Source of the DNA: Candidatus Heimdallarchaeota archaeon
GTDB lineage: Archaea; Asgardarchaeota; Heimdallarchaeia; Heimdallarchaeales; Kariarchaeaceae
DNA length: 11,850 bases
Direction: 5' to 3'
NCBI GenBank assembly: GCA_015523565.1
Contig: WAKA01000011.1
Location: 1 to 11,850 of the forward strand
The notes under the pieces were generated by a model. The model worked only from the letters and a program-made list of their open reading frames with translations, was not told the DNA's origin and ran no database searches. The position numbers and the translations under genes are program-made. Of this stretch, positions 1 to 7,075 are shown in pieces (positions within the stretch are counted from its first letter, which is position 1; every line of letters begins with the position of its first letter).

Positions 1-1068
1 ATAGCCTTTTACAGAATAATACCCAAGACCATAGGCATATGAAACAAAAAGTGCGGCTGCGGCCAATGCAGGGGCGCTAAAACTGGTGCCATACCCTTCA
101 AAAAAAGATTGAAGGTCATCACTGATAGGAACCCTATGACCAGGCATGACAAAATCCAATGCCAAGGCATCACCCTCATTGTTTGAACCAAAGCTTTCAC
201 AGAAGGGTAAAACAAAGGCATCTTGACACTCATTTGGATGGTCTTTGGCATCTTGCGCCGCACCAGTGTAATAACCCTTTTTGGAATAATAGTCCCAGTC
301 ATACCATTTCCCAACATCCTTATGATCAATGGAACCAACACTATATACCTCTTGCAGATAATTAGGAAATTGACTAGATGGCATAGAAACACCAGTGTTC
401 CCACTAGCGGCGATCATAAATACATTATTGGCATAAAGTGTAGAGACGATATTTTCAATATCTTGATCGACAGTAATAAATTGGGCAAGAGATGTAGTAA
501 TTATACGCACATTTAGTTGACTGTAATTGTTTTCAATCCATCTCCACAAATCAATATCGTATAGATCAAAACCAGCATCGAGTGCATCGACAAAAACCAC
601 CTTGGCTTTCCGTGCGATTGTAGCGATCATGCCCAAAACATTAATACCGTGATCTTGTCCAGGAACATAATTGAGGTCTGCGTCAGTATAAGCGGATAGG
701 TCATCAACGCCAGAACCACCAATTTCACGATAATCCCCGTTTGAATCCTTGGTGACAAACTTCACAATGTCCAGATACATCCCACCAGGATTTGAAGTGT
801 TTTCAATAGCCAACCATTGGTTGATTGACAAACCCCGATCAATCACGAGGATTGTACCCTTATAGTCACCATCAGCAGGAACAAGACCAGTGGGGCATCC
901 AATAAAATCAAACAACTTGTCATTGCATGATGCGACATCCTGGATGCTGATCGAATTTCCATAAAATATGGCATTACTCATAAATCCCATATCCACCCCG
1001 GCATTTACTGCAAAGTTCAGGGACGGATTAATCATCAAAACCATAAGCAATAACGTCCGAAATTGCAT
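1..1068 (-). CDS. Secreted S8 (subtilisin-like) serine protease, divergent; runs off the left edge of the window
   Basis: Manual translation of the minus strand from ATG at 1068 gives 356 codons with no stop before position 1. It is absent from the ORF track because the stop lies outside the window. Signal-peptide-like start MQFRTLLLMVLMINPSLNFAVNA. Catalytic motifs in S8 order: ILVID77RG, QDH140GINV, oxyanion AASGN, GYGTS329FSAP. Confidence 0.9.
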   Translation of the reverse strand, partial: MQFRTLLLMVLMINPSLNFAVNAGVDMGFMSNAIFYGNSISIQDVASCNDKLFDFIGCPTGLVPADGDYKGTILVIDRGLSINQWLAIENTSNPGGMYLDIVKFVTKDSNGDYREIGGSGVDDLSAYTDADLNYVPGQDHGINVLGMIATIARKAKVVFVDALDAGFDLYDIDLWRWIENNYSQLNVRIITTSLAQFITVDQDIENIVSTLYANNVFMIAASGNTGVSMPSSQFPNYLQEVYSVGSIDHKDVGKWYDWDYYSKKGYYTGAAQDAKDHPNECQDAFVLPFCESFGSNNEGDALALDFVMPGHRVPISDDLQSFFEGYGTSFSAPALAAAALFVSYAYGLGYYSVKGY

Positions 1069-1087
1069 AAGAGTGTTGGAAAAAAAA

Positions 1088-1095
1088 TATTTAAA
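1088..1095 (-). promoter_or_regulatory. Putative TATA box (TTTAAATA) for the S8 gene, probably leaderless transcript
   Basis: The minus-strand TTTAAATA lies 20-27 nt upstream of the ATG at 1068, the usual archaeal spacing for a leaderless mRNA. The AT-rich context lowers specificity. Confidence 0.4.
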
Positions 1096-1371
1096 TCTAT
1101 CGGTAAAATTAAAGTTTTAGAGAAAAAAACACAAATTAAATTGAAAAAATGGGAATATGGAAAAAAACTGGAAGAACAAGATGGGAAAGTAATAAAGGGT
1201 TCAATTCGATGTTTCATGCAATTGAAATGTAAATTCAGGAAAAATAATTTAAAGAGACAGCATAAAAAATTGAAGAATAAGAGAAAAATTGGAAAAAATT
1301 TAAGACGATTAATTCATTTATGCCTGACAATTAATTCATTTTCAGATGATCATTGCATTTTTCGAAAGGGA

Positions 1372-2796
1372 TCATACAACGCAACAGCTCATTTTCTGCA
1401 CGTCAATCTTAAATGATTGAGCCACCCGTTTCAATCCTTCAGACATAGTGGGGAATACATGAACGGTATCAATGATGTCATCAATTGTCAGCCCGTATTT
1501 CACAGCAAGGGTTGCCTCGTGAATTAAATCTGCAGCCATGTCAGATACGATGGAGACACCAACAATCACATTTGTCATTGGATCAACCATCATCTTGATC
1601 AGACCAGTCTGGTTTTTGAGGGCTTGAGCCTTTGGAATGGTTGAAAGATCAAGGGTTCGGCAATAACAACTGATGTGTGATTTCAGGTATTCCTTTTCAG
1701 TATAGCCAACCATTGCCACTTGCGGTGTAGTAAACACAGCCAAAGGAACAGTATTATAATTAATCCATTTTTCATTTTTTAGGAGGGCGTTGTGAGCGGC
1801 AAAATATCCTTCTTTTGCGGCAATGGTTTCCAAGAACATATTGCCAGCCACATCCCCAGCAGCATAGATATGTGGCTGTGAAGTTTGCAAGAACTTATTT
1901 ACATTTATGAAGCCTTTTTCGTCTGTGTCCACACCTATAGTAGAAAGATTCAACCCATCTGTATTGGGAGTGACACCAACAGCAATCAAGATGTGAGAAC
2001 AGATTATAGGAGGTTGTCCTTCCACCATCACAATTTTTTTCCCGTCACTATCATTTTTTAGTTGGGTAATGGAAGCATTCAGTAGGAATTGTATACCTTC
2101 TTCTTCCAAAGAGTTTTGCAATTCAATGGCAATTTCGGGATCAGTGTTTGGAAGAATCTGGGGCATTCGTTCGATAACGGTAACCTCACTTCCAAAATGA
2201 CGAAATACTTGCGCCATTTCCAATCCAATAGCACCAGCCCCAATAATCACCAAATGTTCAGGAAGGTCTTTTAGATTGAAAATTTCTCTGCTGGTCAATG
2301 TTTCAACCTCATCAAGACCTTTAAAGGGGATAATTCGTGGGCGAGACCCAGTTGAAATGACAAATTTCTTGCCAGAATATTTTGTGCCGTTCACTTCAAT
2401 TTCAGTGGGGCTCACAAATTTTGCATGACCCTCAACATAAGAGAAGTTTGAGAAAGAAGATGAAACATCGATATAATTAGATTTTCGGAGTTGCAACACC
2501 ATTTTTCGGACTTCATCCATAGCTTCAGGAAATTTGAAGGAGGACACACAAGCTCCGTCAACAGAGTCATACCTAGATTTTGATCCATAATAATAGTTGT
2601 TTGACATTTCGATGAGAATTTTGGAAGGCACACAACCAACATTTACACAGGTTCCTCCGATTGGCAATCCTCCATTGACCATCAGGGTACGGGCACCCAA
2701 TTCAGAAGCACGGGTGGCTGCAGAAAATCCTGCGGCACCACCACCAACAATAATGAGGTCATATTCAGAGGGGTCGCAGGTTTTGCATTCAGACAT
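1372..2796 (-). CDS. merA: Mercuric reductase (class I flavoprotein disulfide reductase) without an NmerA domain
   Basis: FAD motif IIVGGGAAG, redox motif GGTCVNVGCVPSK, NAD(P)H motif IIGAGAIG, YAAGD, and C-terminal vicinal Cys pair MSCCVV diagnostic of MerA. The start is moved to ATG 2796 (MSECKTCDP...) because the 19-codon extension in the ORF track overlaps a TATA-like element. Confidence 0.92.
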   Translation of the reverse strand: MSECKTCDPSEYDLIIVGGGAAGFSAATRASELGARTLMVNGGLPIGGTCVNVGCVPSKILIEMSNNYYYGSKSRYDSVDGACVSSFKFPEAMDEVRKMVLQLRKSNYIDVSSSFSNFSYVEGHAKFVSPTEIEVNGTKYSGKKFVISTGSRPRIIPFKGLDEVETLTSREIFNLKDLPEHLVIIGAGAIGLEMAQVFRHFGSEVTVIERMPQILPNTDPEIAIELQNSLEEEGIQFLLNASITQLKNDSDGKKIVMVEGQPPIICSHILIAVGVTPNTDGLNLSTIGVDTDEKGFINVNKFLQTSQPHIYAAGDVAGNMFLETIAAKEGYFAAHNALLKNEKWINYNTVPLAVFTTPQVAMVGYTEKEYLKSHISCYCRTLDLSTIPKAQALKNQTGLIKMMVDPMTNVIVGVSIVSDMAADLIHEATLAVKYGLTIDDIIDTVHVFPTMSEGLKRVAQSFKIDVQKMSCCVV

Positions 2797-2816
2797 AACC
2801 TTTTTTTCGAGAGCAA

Positions 2817-2841
2817 AGTATTTTGATACTATGTTATAAAA
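2817..2841 (-). promoter_or_regulatory. Putative merA promoter (TTTTATAA) with adjacent palindrome AGTAT-N4-ATACT (possible operator)
   Basis: Minus-strand TTTTATAA at 2841-2834, followed by the inverted repeat 2817-2830, about 20-45 nt upstream of the merA ATG. Confidence 0.4.
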
Positions 2842-3011
2842 ACCATAAAACAAGAGTCATTTTTTTATTGGTTTTGTAATAAAGATATGGGAAAACTATA
2901 ATTTGAACATGACAAATAACATAAGAATAGCTGAGCAAAGCTTTAAGAATTGAAAAATTGTTTATGGGCTACCTTAAAGGGGAAAATTTCCCAAAAGGGA
3001 ATGTGAAAAGA

Positions 3012-3293
3012 ATGGAATATGGAAATGGAGAGATAGAATTAGTTAATCAGTTAGATTTCCAAGAGGAAGTTGTCATCGGCTTTCAAGAAAAGGCAGAAAT
3101 TCAAGAAGATGAAGGAGAAACTGAAAGAAAAGACAAGAAAAAGTACGTAGCGTTTGCTGTAATGGCCTGCTGTTCTGCACTCTCCCCCCCAGTGGCAATC
3201 ACAGGAATTGTTATAGGGGTAATTGCATATCTAGTGAACAAAATTAAGAAAGCATTAAACCATCAAAGGATTAACCACATAGGATCTACTTAA
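3012..3293 (+). CDS. Small membrane protein with intramembrane CC pair, MerF/MerT-like candidate metal transporter
   Basis: 93 aa from ATG 3012 (the ORF track begins at TTG 2958). Acidic N-terminal half, then KKK-YVAFAVMACCSALSPPVAITGIVIGVIAYLV-NKIKK: a hydrophobic hairpin with a vicinal Cys pair followed by Pro. Transcribed divergently from merA. Confidence 0.55.
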   Translation: MEYGNGEIELVNQLDFQEEVVIGFQEKAEIQEDEGETERKDKKKYVAFAVMACCSALSPPVAITGIVIGVIAYLVNKIKKALNHQRINHIGST

Positions 3294-3432
3294 AAAAATC
3301 AGGGATATATCTGTAGATCATTGTCATCAATAATTTTCCCATAGAAATAGTGATTGAGTTGATTATATGTGTACGCCATCTTGATCATTAAGTTGAAAGC
3401 AATATTGAGAAAGGATCAGATATTTTGGGAAC

Positions 3433-3845
3433 ATGCCAACAGGTTTGGGAAAGATCCACTTAGCTGCTTTTGATTCTTCAAAATACCAAAAGGTTCTCTT
3501 CCTCGCGCATAGAAAGAAAATTCTTCGACAAGCACGCAATGTATTTGATGAGGTGCGAGGATTTGGAAAACAACTTTTATTTTCAGAGGGATGGTACACT
3601 AAAGATATTGCAAACTGTCTTTTTGCCATTGTTCAGAAAATGTCCCGGAAAAATGTTCTGGAACGTTTTGAAAAGGATTTCTTTGACTACATCATTGTTG
3701 ATTCCATCACTCCAAAGCCAAAAGCTATGAAAAGATAATTGAGCACTTTGAACCCCAATTCTTTCTGGGTCTCACTGCAACCCCCTATAGAATGGATAAC
3801 AAGGATATCTTCGAGCCTTGCGACAGAAATGCCCCTTGCATATGT
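3433..3845 (+). pseudogene. SF2 DEAD/DEAH-like (ResIII-type) helicase-DUF3427 gene, 5' fragment
   Basis: Walker A MPTGLGK(I)HLAAFD, motif Ia VLFLAHRKKIL, and FDYIIVD. A frameshift at ~3700 (GA|TTC CAT CAC) destroys the expected DEFHH. The shifted frame continues FHHSKAKSYEKIIEHFEPQFFLGLTATPYRMD (motif III) to CDRNAPCIC at the insertion junction. Confidence 0.85.
3839..3845 (+). repeat. 7-bp direct repeat CATATGT, left copy (target-site duplication or crossover core)
   Basis: Identical to 6024-6030, and located exactly where helicase homology stops. Confidence 0.8.
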
Positions 3846-3889
3846 GTTTGGAAATGTAAAAACGGAAAATGTAACAAATAACATGTAAG

Positions 3890-5095
3890 CTATATTTTGA
3901 ATTCATCCAATTCATTCATAAAAAATAGATTGTTGTTTTTTTTCCGAACCAAGAAAATCATTGCAAAAGAAACTAAGGACAAAGAAGGAAAAGAGGATGA
4001 ATTGGACAAGGTTGATAGGCTGTCAAATTTCCCATCAGGATATAACTCACCAGCGTAAAATTGATAGCTTTCAAAGACAAATTTTGCATTGCCCTCTCCC
4101 TCATAGAAAAAGAGTATTGATGAATTTTCGGGATTGAAGTCGGGATAGGGGATTTCTGGGGCAATGTATTTTTTAGATACCAGAAAACTATAAAATAAGC
4201 GGGTATGGGAAAGAAATCCGTTAACAGTCACCTGTATCATTGATGCGATTTCCATATGGTTTTTGTCTAGTTTCCTTGCATAAAATGATTCATTGCTTGT
4301 ATTGGGAAGATGAGAGGGGACGCTTTCTATCAAAGAATACCCTTGGAGATAGTCAGAGTAATCGTCATATTCATCAATGTCTGTATTTGACATAAGCAAG
4401 ATTGTCAGTACCCCATTTGCAGAGACATTGAATAGTTCCACGGCAACAGTTGCAGAGATAAGCATTTGTGGAACTATATCCTTGTAATGGTTTCTGGATG
4501 CAAGTTGTACTGCTTTCGGACGGATGCCATAATACTTGAAGTTGTCTTGCTCAATTTTAATGGTCATCTGGGCAGTGGCATTGCCTTCATAGTAAATGGC
4601 AAACAATCCCGATTTAATGCCACTGCCAGGTCTTAGGGACAGATTTACAACCGTTTGGCTCCCATTCAATTTAAACGGGAAAATGAGTGTAAAATTGCCA
4701 TCGTCACCCAATTCATCCCACCATCTCCCATTCCATTGGTCATCGGAAATCCCTTCGTCGGAGACGTTATAAGGCAATTTCTTGAAATACCTGTCGACAA
4801 CATCTTCAATATGTTCTGGGACAGTCACGTTCCTTTCTGCAAAATTTACCAAATAGAATTGACCTTGCACGGTCGAATCCGAAATGTATAGCCTATTGGG
4901 GGGAAACATGCTGTATTCTGTAAGAAAGGCATATTTAGAGGCATTGACCCAGATAGAGTAAGGATTTCCTGAATGGATGCGGATCTGAGTTGGCGAGAGC
5001 AAAACAAAACGATCCACATCTTGAAGCTCCAAACCAGCAGATACAGGAACCATCAAGGAAATCAGAACCGTAAAGGCAAATAGTTTTTTCATCAT
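3890..5095 (-). CDS. Exported, probably C-terminally anchored surface glycoprotein of unknown function
   Basis: Signal peptide MMKKLFAFTVLISLMVPVSA, 12 N-x-S/T sequons, and a Ser-rich linker followed by a hydrophobic segment and basic cluster (SFPSLSLVSFAMIFLV-RKK) resembling archaeal CTERM sorting signals. The start overlaps the S8 stop (ATGA, 5092-5095). Confidence 0.8.
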   Translation of the reverse strand: MMKKLFAFTVLISLMVPVSAGLELQDVDRFVLLSPTQIRIHSGNPYSIWVNASKYAFLTEYSMFPPNRLYISDSTVQGQFYLVNFAERNVTVPEHIEDVVDRYFKKLPYNVSDEGISDDQWNGRWWDELGDDGNFTLIFPFKLNGSQTVVNLSLRPGSGIKSGLFAIYYEGNATAQMTIKIEQDNFKYYGIRPKAVQLASRNHYKDIVPQMLISATVAVELFNVSANGVLTILLMSNTDIDEYDDYSDYLQGYSLIESVPSHLPNTSNESFYARKLDKNHMEIASMIQVTVNGFLSHTRLFYSFLVSKKYIAPEIPYPDFNPENSSILFFYEGEGNAKFVFESYQFYAGELYPDGKFDSLSTLSNSSSFPSLSLVSFAMIFLVRKKNNNLFFMNELDEFKI

Positions 5096-6030
5096 AGATA
5101 GAAACCTCCAGATGCACCGCCACCAGTTGATTGGTTTGGGGCTTCCACAAACCCTTTTGTAAAGGCAAGCGGATATAAATCATTCAGCGTAAACCAACCC
5201 CATCCCATTTTTTGATCCCAAGCACTTTGTGAGGAAATAGTTTTGAGCCAATCATCAATTTGGTCGGGTGACGGATAAACTATTGGGCAATCAGGATTTT
5301 TTGACATCCAGCCAATTTTGTATGCATACAAAAACACTAGAATCATAGCAGCAAAATATGGTGTGGAATAGCTGGTGCCTACGCCATATACTGCATGTAT
5401 ACCTTCGTTGTAGGTATTTGTATAAATTGGAACGCCATTTCCAGGGAGAACAAAGGACGTCCCTGCAGCGATGGAATTCGCACCATATGAAGAGCAAAGA
5501 GTTAATGGGGCATCAGGACAGTTATGCAAGCCATACTCGGATGTTCCACTGAATTGCCATTTTGCAGAATAATAGTCCCAATCATAAATATCAAGAGGCT
5601 TCCCGTCGATATAAACCGTATAGAGATATTTTTTCCTGTCTTCATGGTCAACTGACCCAATGCTTCTAAATTCAGTTCGGTTTACAGGGAAATTGGGGTT
5701 CATTGTTCCTGAATTGCCAACGCTTGTTATTAAATACACCCCTTTCTGCAAAACATTTTGAAATTTACCAGTGTTATATATCCCCCTGATATCACCTATC
5801 GAAAGAAACAGGACTTTCGCGGCATATTGATCTACTTTTTCAAGAATTAAATTCACAAGGGCGTCACTGTCCAATTTGTATCCCGCGTCATAATCAACTC
5901 TTTTAGAATATTTATCAACATCAATAAAAATAACTTGTGCACCACGAGCGATGGTCATTAAAGCACTTAAAACCTCAAATGAATGATGAGTAGTATAATC
6001 CCATGTTCCCAAATCACCATCATCATATGT
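5092..6030 (-). pseudogene. 5'-truncated S8 protease paralog (lacks signal peptide and catalytic Asp)
   Basis: Retains THHSFEV (His), SVGNSG (oxyanion Asn) and GVGTSYSTP (Ser). Aligns to the 1-1068 protease (GSVDH/GSIDH, YDWDYYS in both, FVLPG/FVMPG). The frame is open up to the junction (TYDDGDL vs AYTDADL), so ~125 N-terminal residues are missing. TTG 6012 is probably not the original start. Confidence 0.8.
6024..6030 (+). repeat. 7-bp direct repeat CATATGT, right copy
   Basis: Identical to 3839-3845. Helicase sequence resumes immediately after it. Confidence 0.8.
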
Positions 6031-6595
6031 AACCTTCCAGAAGCAATTGAAAATAATTGGCTTGTTCCCTTCGAATTCATGGGATCATAGATGACATTGT
6101 TGACTATACCCAAATCACTTGGAAACGGTCAAAGGGATATGATACACAAGAACTGACTGTTGCATTGACTCGTGAAGAACGGGCATCATCTGTTCTTAAG
6201 GAATATCGAGAAATCAGCAAACGACCACCATTGGCATTCTGAGTCTCAATTGAACACTCAAACTACATGACACCTTTCAATGGGAATCCCAAAATAACAC
6301 CACACGAAGCAGTGAAATCGGAAAAATAATCTGTGAAGACCCAAGATATAATAATTACGAAAAATTGCTTTTTGTTAGACTCAAGAAAAATGATCAATTA
6401 TTCAAATACAATTACTTCATTATTGGTTCAGTTAGCCTTATCGCCCATACAGGTGAGAAACCAATTTCCGTCAAATGGAGATTGAACCAACCAATTCCAG
6501 AATATCTTCACAAATATTTCACTGATGCAACCTTCAGAGCATATAGTATCCCTGAAGAAATCCAAATGCTTGAAGGGGTTGAGTACGTTTCCTAA
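6031..6595 (+). pseudogene. SF2 helicase-DUF3427 gene, 3' fragments
   Basis: NLPEAIENNWLVPFE, then a frameshift at ~6076, then HGIIDDIVDYTQITWK...EERASSVL...LAF*VSIEHSNYM (motif IV with TGA at 6240-6242 where Cys is expected). An abrupt jump at ~6266 leads to DTFQWESQNNTT...LFVR...HTGEKPISVKWRLNQPIP, which I recognise as DUF3427-like. Stop at 6595. Confidence 0.8.
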
Positions 6596-6774
6596 AATCA
6601 AAACTTGAAGGGAAACACCATCAATAATTTGATATTTTAGATTAAGGCGCACATCCATCATTACAAAACATTGTGCATTTTATCCATATCGTTGCAGACT
6701 TACACAATGAACCTTTGTCAAAATTTATTAGACATGACATCAATAGGCAATTCGGAGGAATTAACTCCAAATAT

Positions 6775-6864
6775 GAGGCTATAGCTCAGCTTGGAAGAGC
6801 GCCTCCCTTCTAACTGAAAAAGGTGGTTAGGAGGAAGTCGTGGGTTCAAATCCCACTAGCCTCG
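6775..6864 (+). tRNA. tRNA-Arg(TCT) with a 16-nt intron at canonical position 37/38 (6813-6828)
   Basis: Acceptor stem GAGGCTA/TAGCCTC plus G73. D arm GCTC/GAGC with A20 (Arg identity element). Anticodon stem CCTCC/GGAGG with CT-TCT-A. T arm GTGGG-TTCAAAT-CCCAC. No encoded CCA. Confidence 0.93.
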
Positions 6865-6869
6865 TTTTT
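6865..6869 (+). terminator. Oligo-T tract after the tRNA
   Basis: TTTTT directly follows the discriminator base, as expected for archaeal termination. Confidence 0.4.
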
Positions 6870-7075
6870 GGATAAGAGTAGAGGATATGATGTGACATTT
6901 ACCTAAAATAGGGATCTGTTTTGCAATGAACATCAGTTCATTGATTTTTGCTTATGTGATATTTTAGGGAATAAATCTCAGAAAAGTAGATTACTGATAC
7001 GCACTATTATTTTTTGGGATCTCGCCCTAGTTTTTGGGAGAAAACCTTATTAATGACGAGATCGTAATATAACTT

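Larger units (their letters stand above)
3846..6030. mobile_element. Non-autonomous 2185-bp insertion interrupting the helicase gene; cargo is a truncated S8 protease plus a surface protein
   Basis: Bounded by CATATGT direct repeats. Excision gives ...GCC CCT TGC ATA TGT AAC CTT CCA GAA GCA ATT GAA AAT AAT TGG CTT GTT CCC TTC (APCICNLPEAIENNWLVPF), a continuous helicase sequence. No transposase, integrase or terminal inverted repeats seen. Confidence 0.7.

Noticed and set aside
9-516. ORF-track ORFs 9-404(-), 159-365(+), 223-516(+)
   Set aside because: Shadow frames of the real S8 protease gene (<1-1068, minus strand).
1304-1341. 16-bp near-perfect direct repeat GAC(G/A)ATTAATTCATTT, period 22
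   Set aside because: Only two AT-rich copies with a 6-nt gap. Not a CRISPR or iteron array, and likely a local duplication near the merA 3' end.
1035-1416. Lys-rich ORF 1063-1416(+) and ORF 1035-1217(-)
   Set aside because: Products of a low-complexity A-rich spacer. They overlap both neighbouring genes and have no motifs.
3424-6013. 12-bp inverted match TTTGGGAACATG (3424-3435) / CATGTTCCCAAA (6002-6013) as possible terminal inverted repeats
   Set aside because: A few 12-mer inverted matches are expected by chance in 12 kb. They do not coincide with the insertion ends defined by the CATATGT repeats, although both lie near breakpoints.
6240-6242. In-frame TGA at a Cys position as possible selenocysteine
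   Set aside because: The gene carries several other inactivating lesions and no SECIS-like element was identified. A simple nonsense mutation is more parsimonious.
6775-6864. tRNA as attachment site of an integrated element
   Set aside because: No duplicated tRNA end and no integrase were found within the window, so this cannot be supported here.
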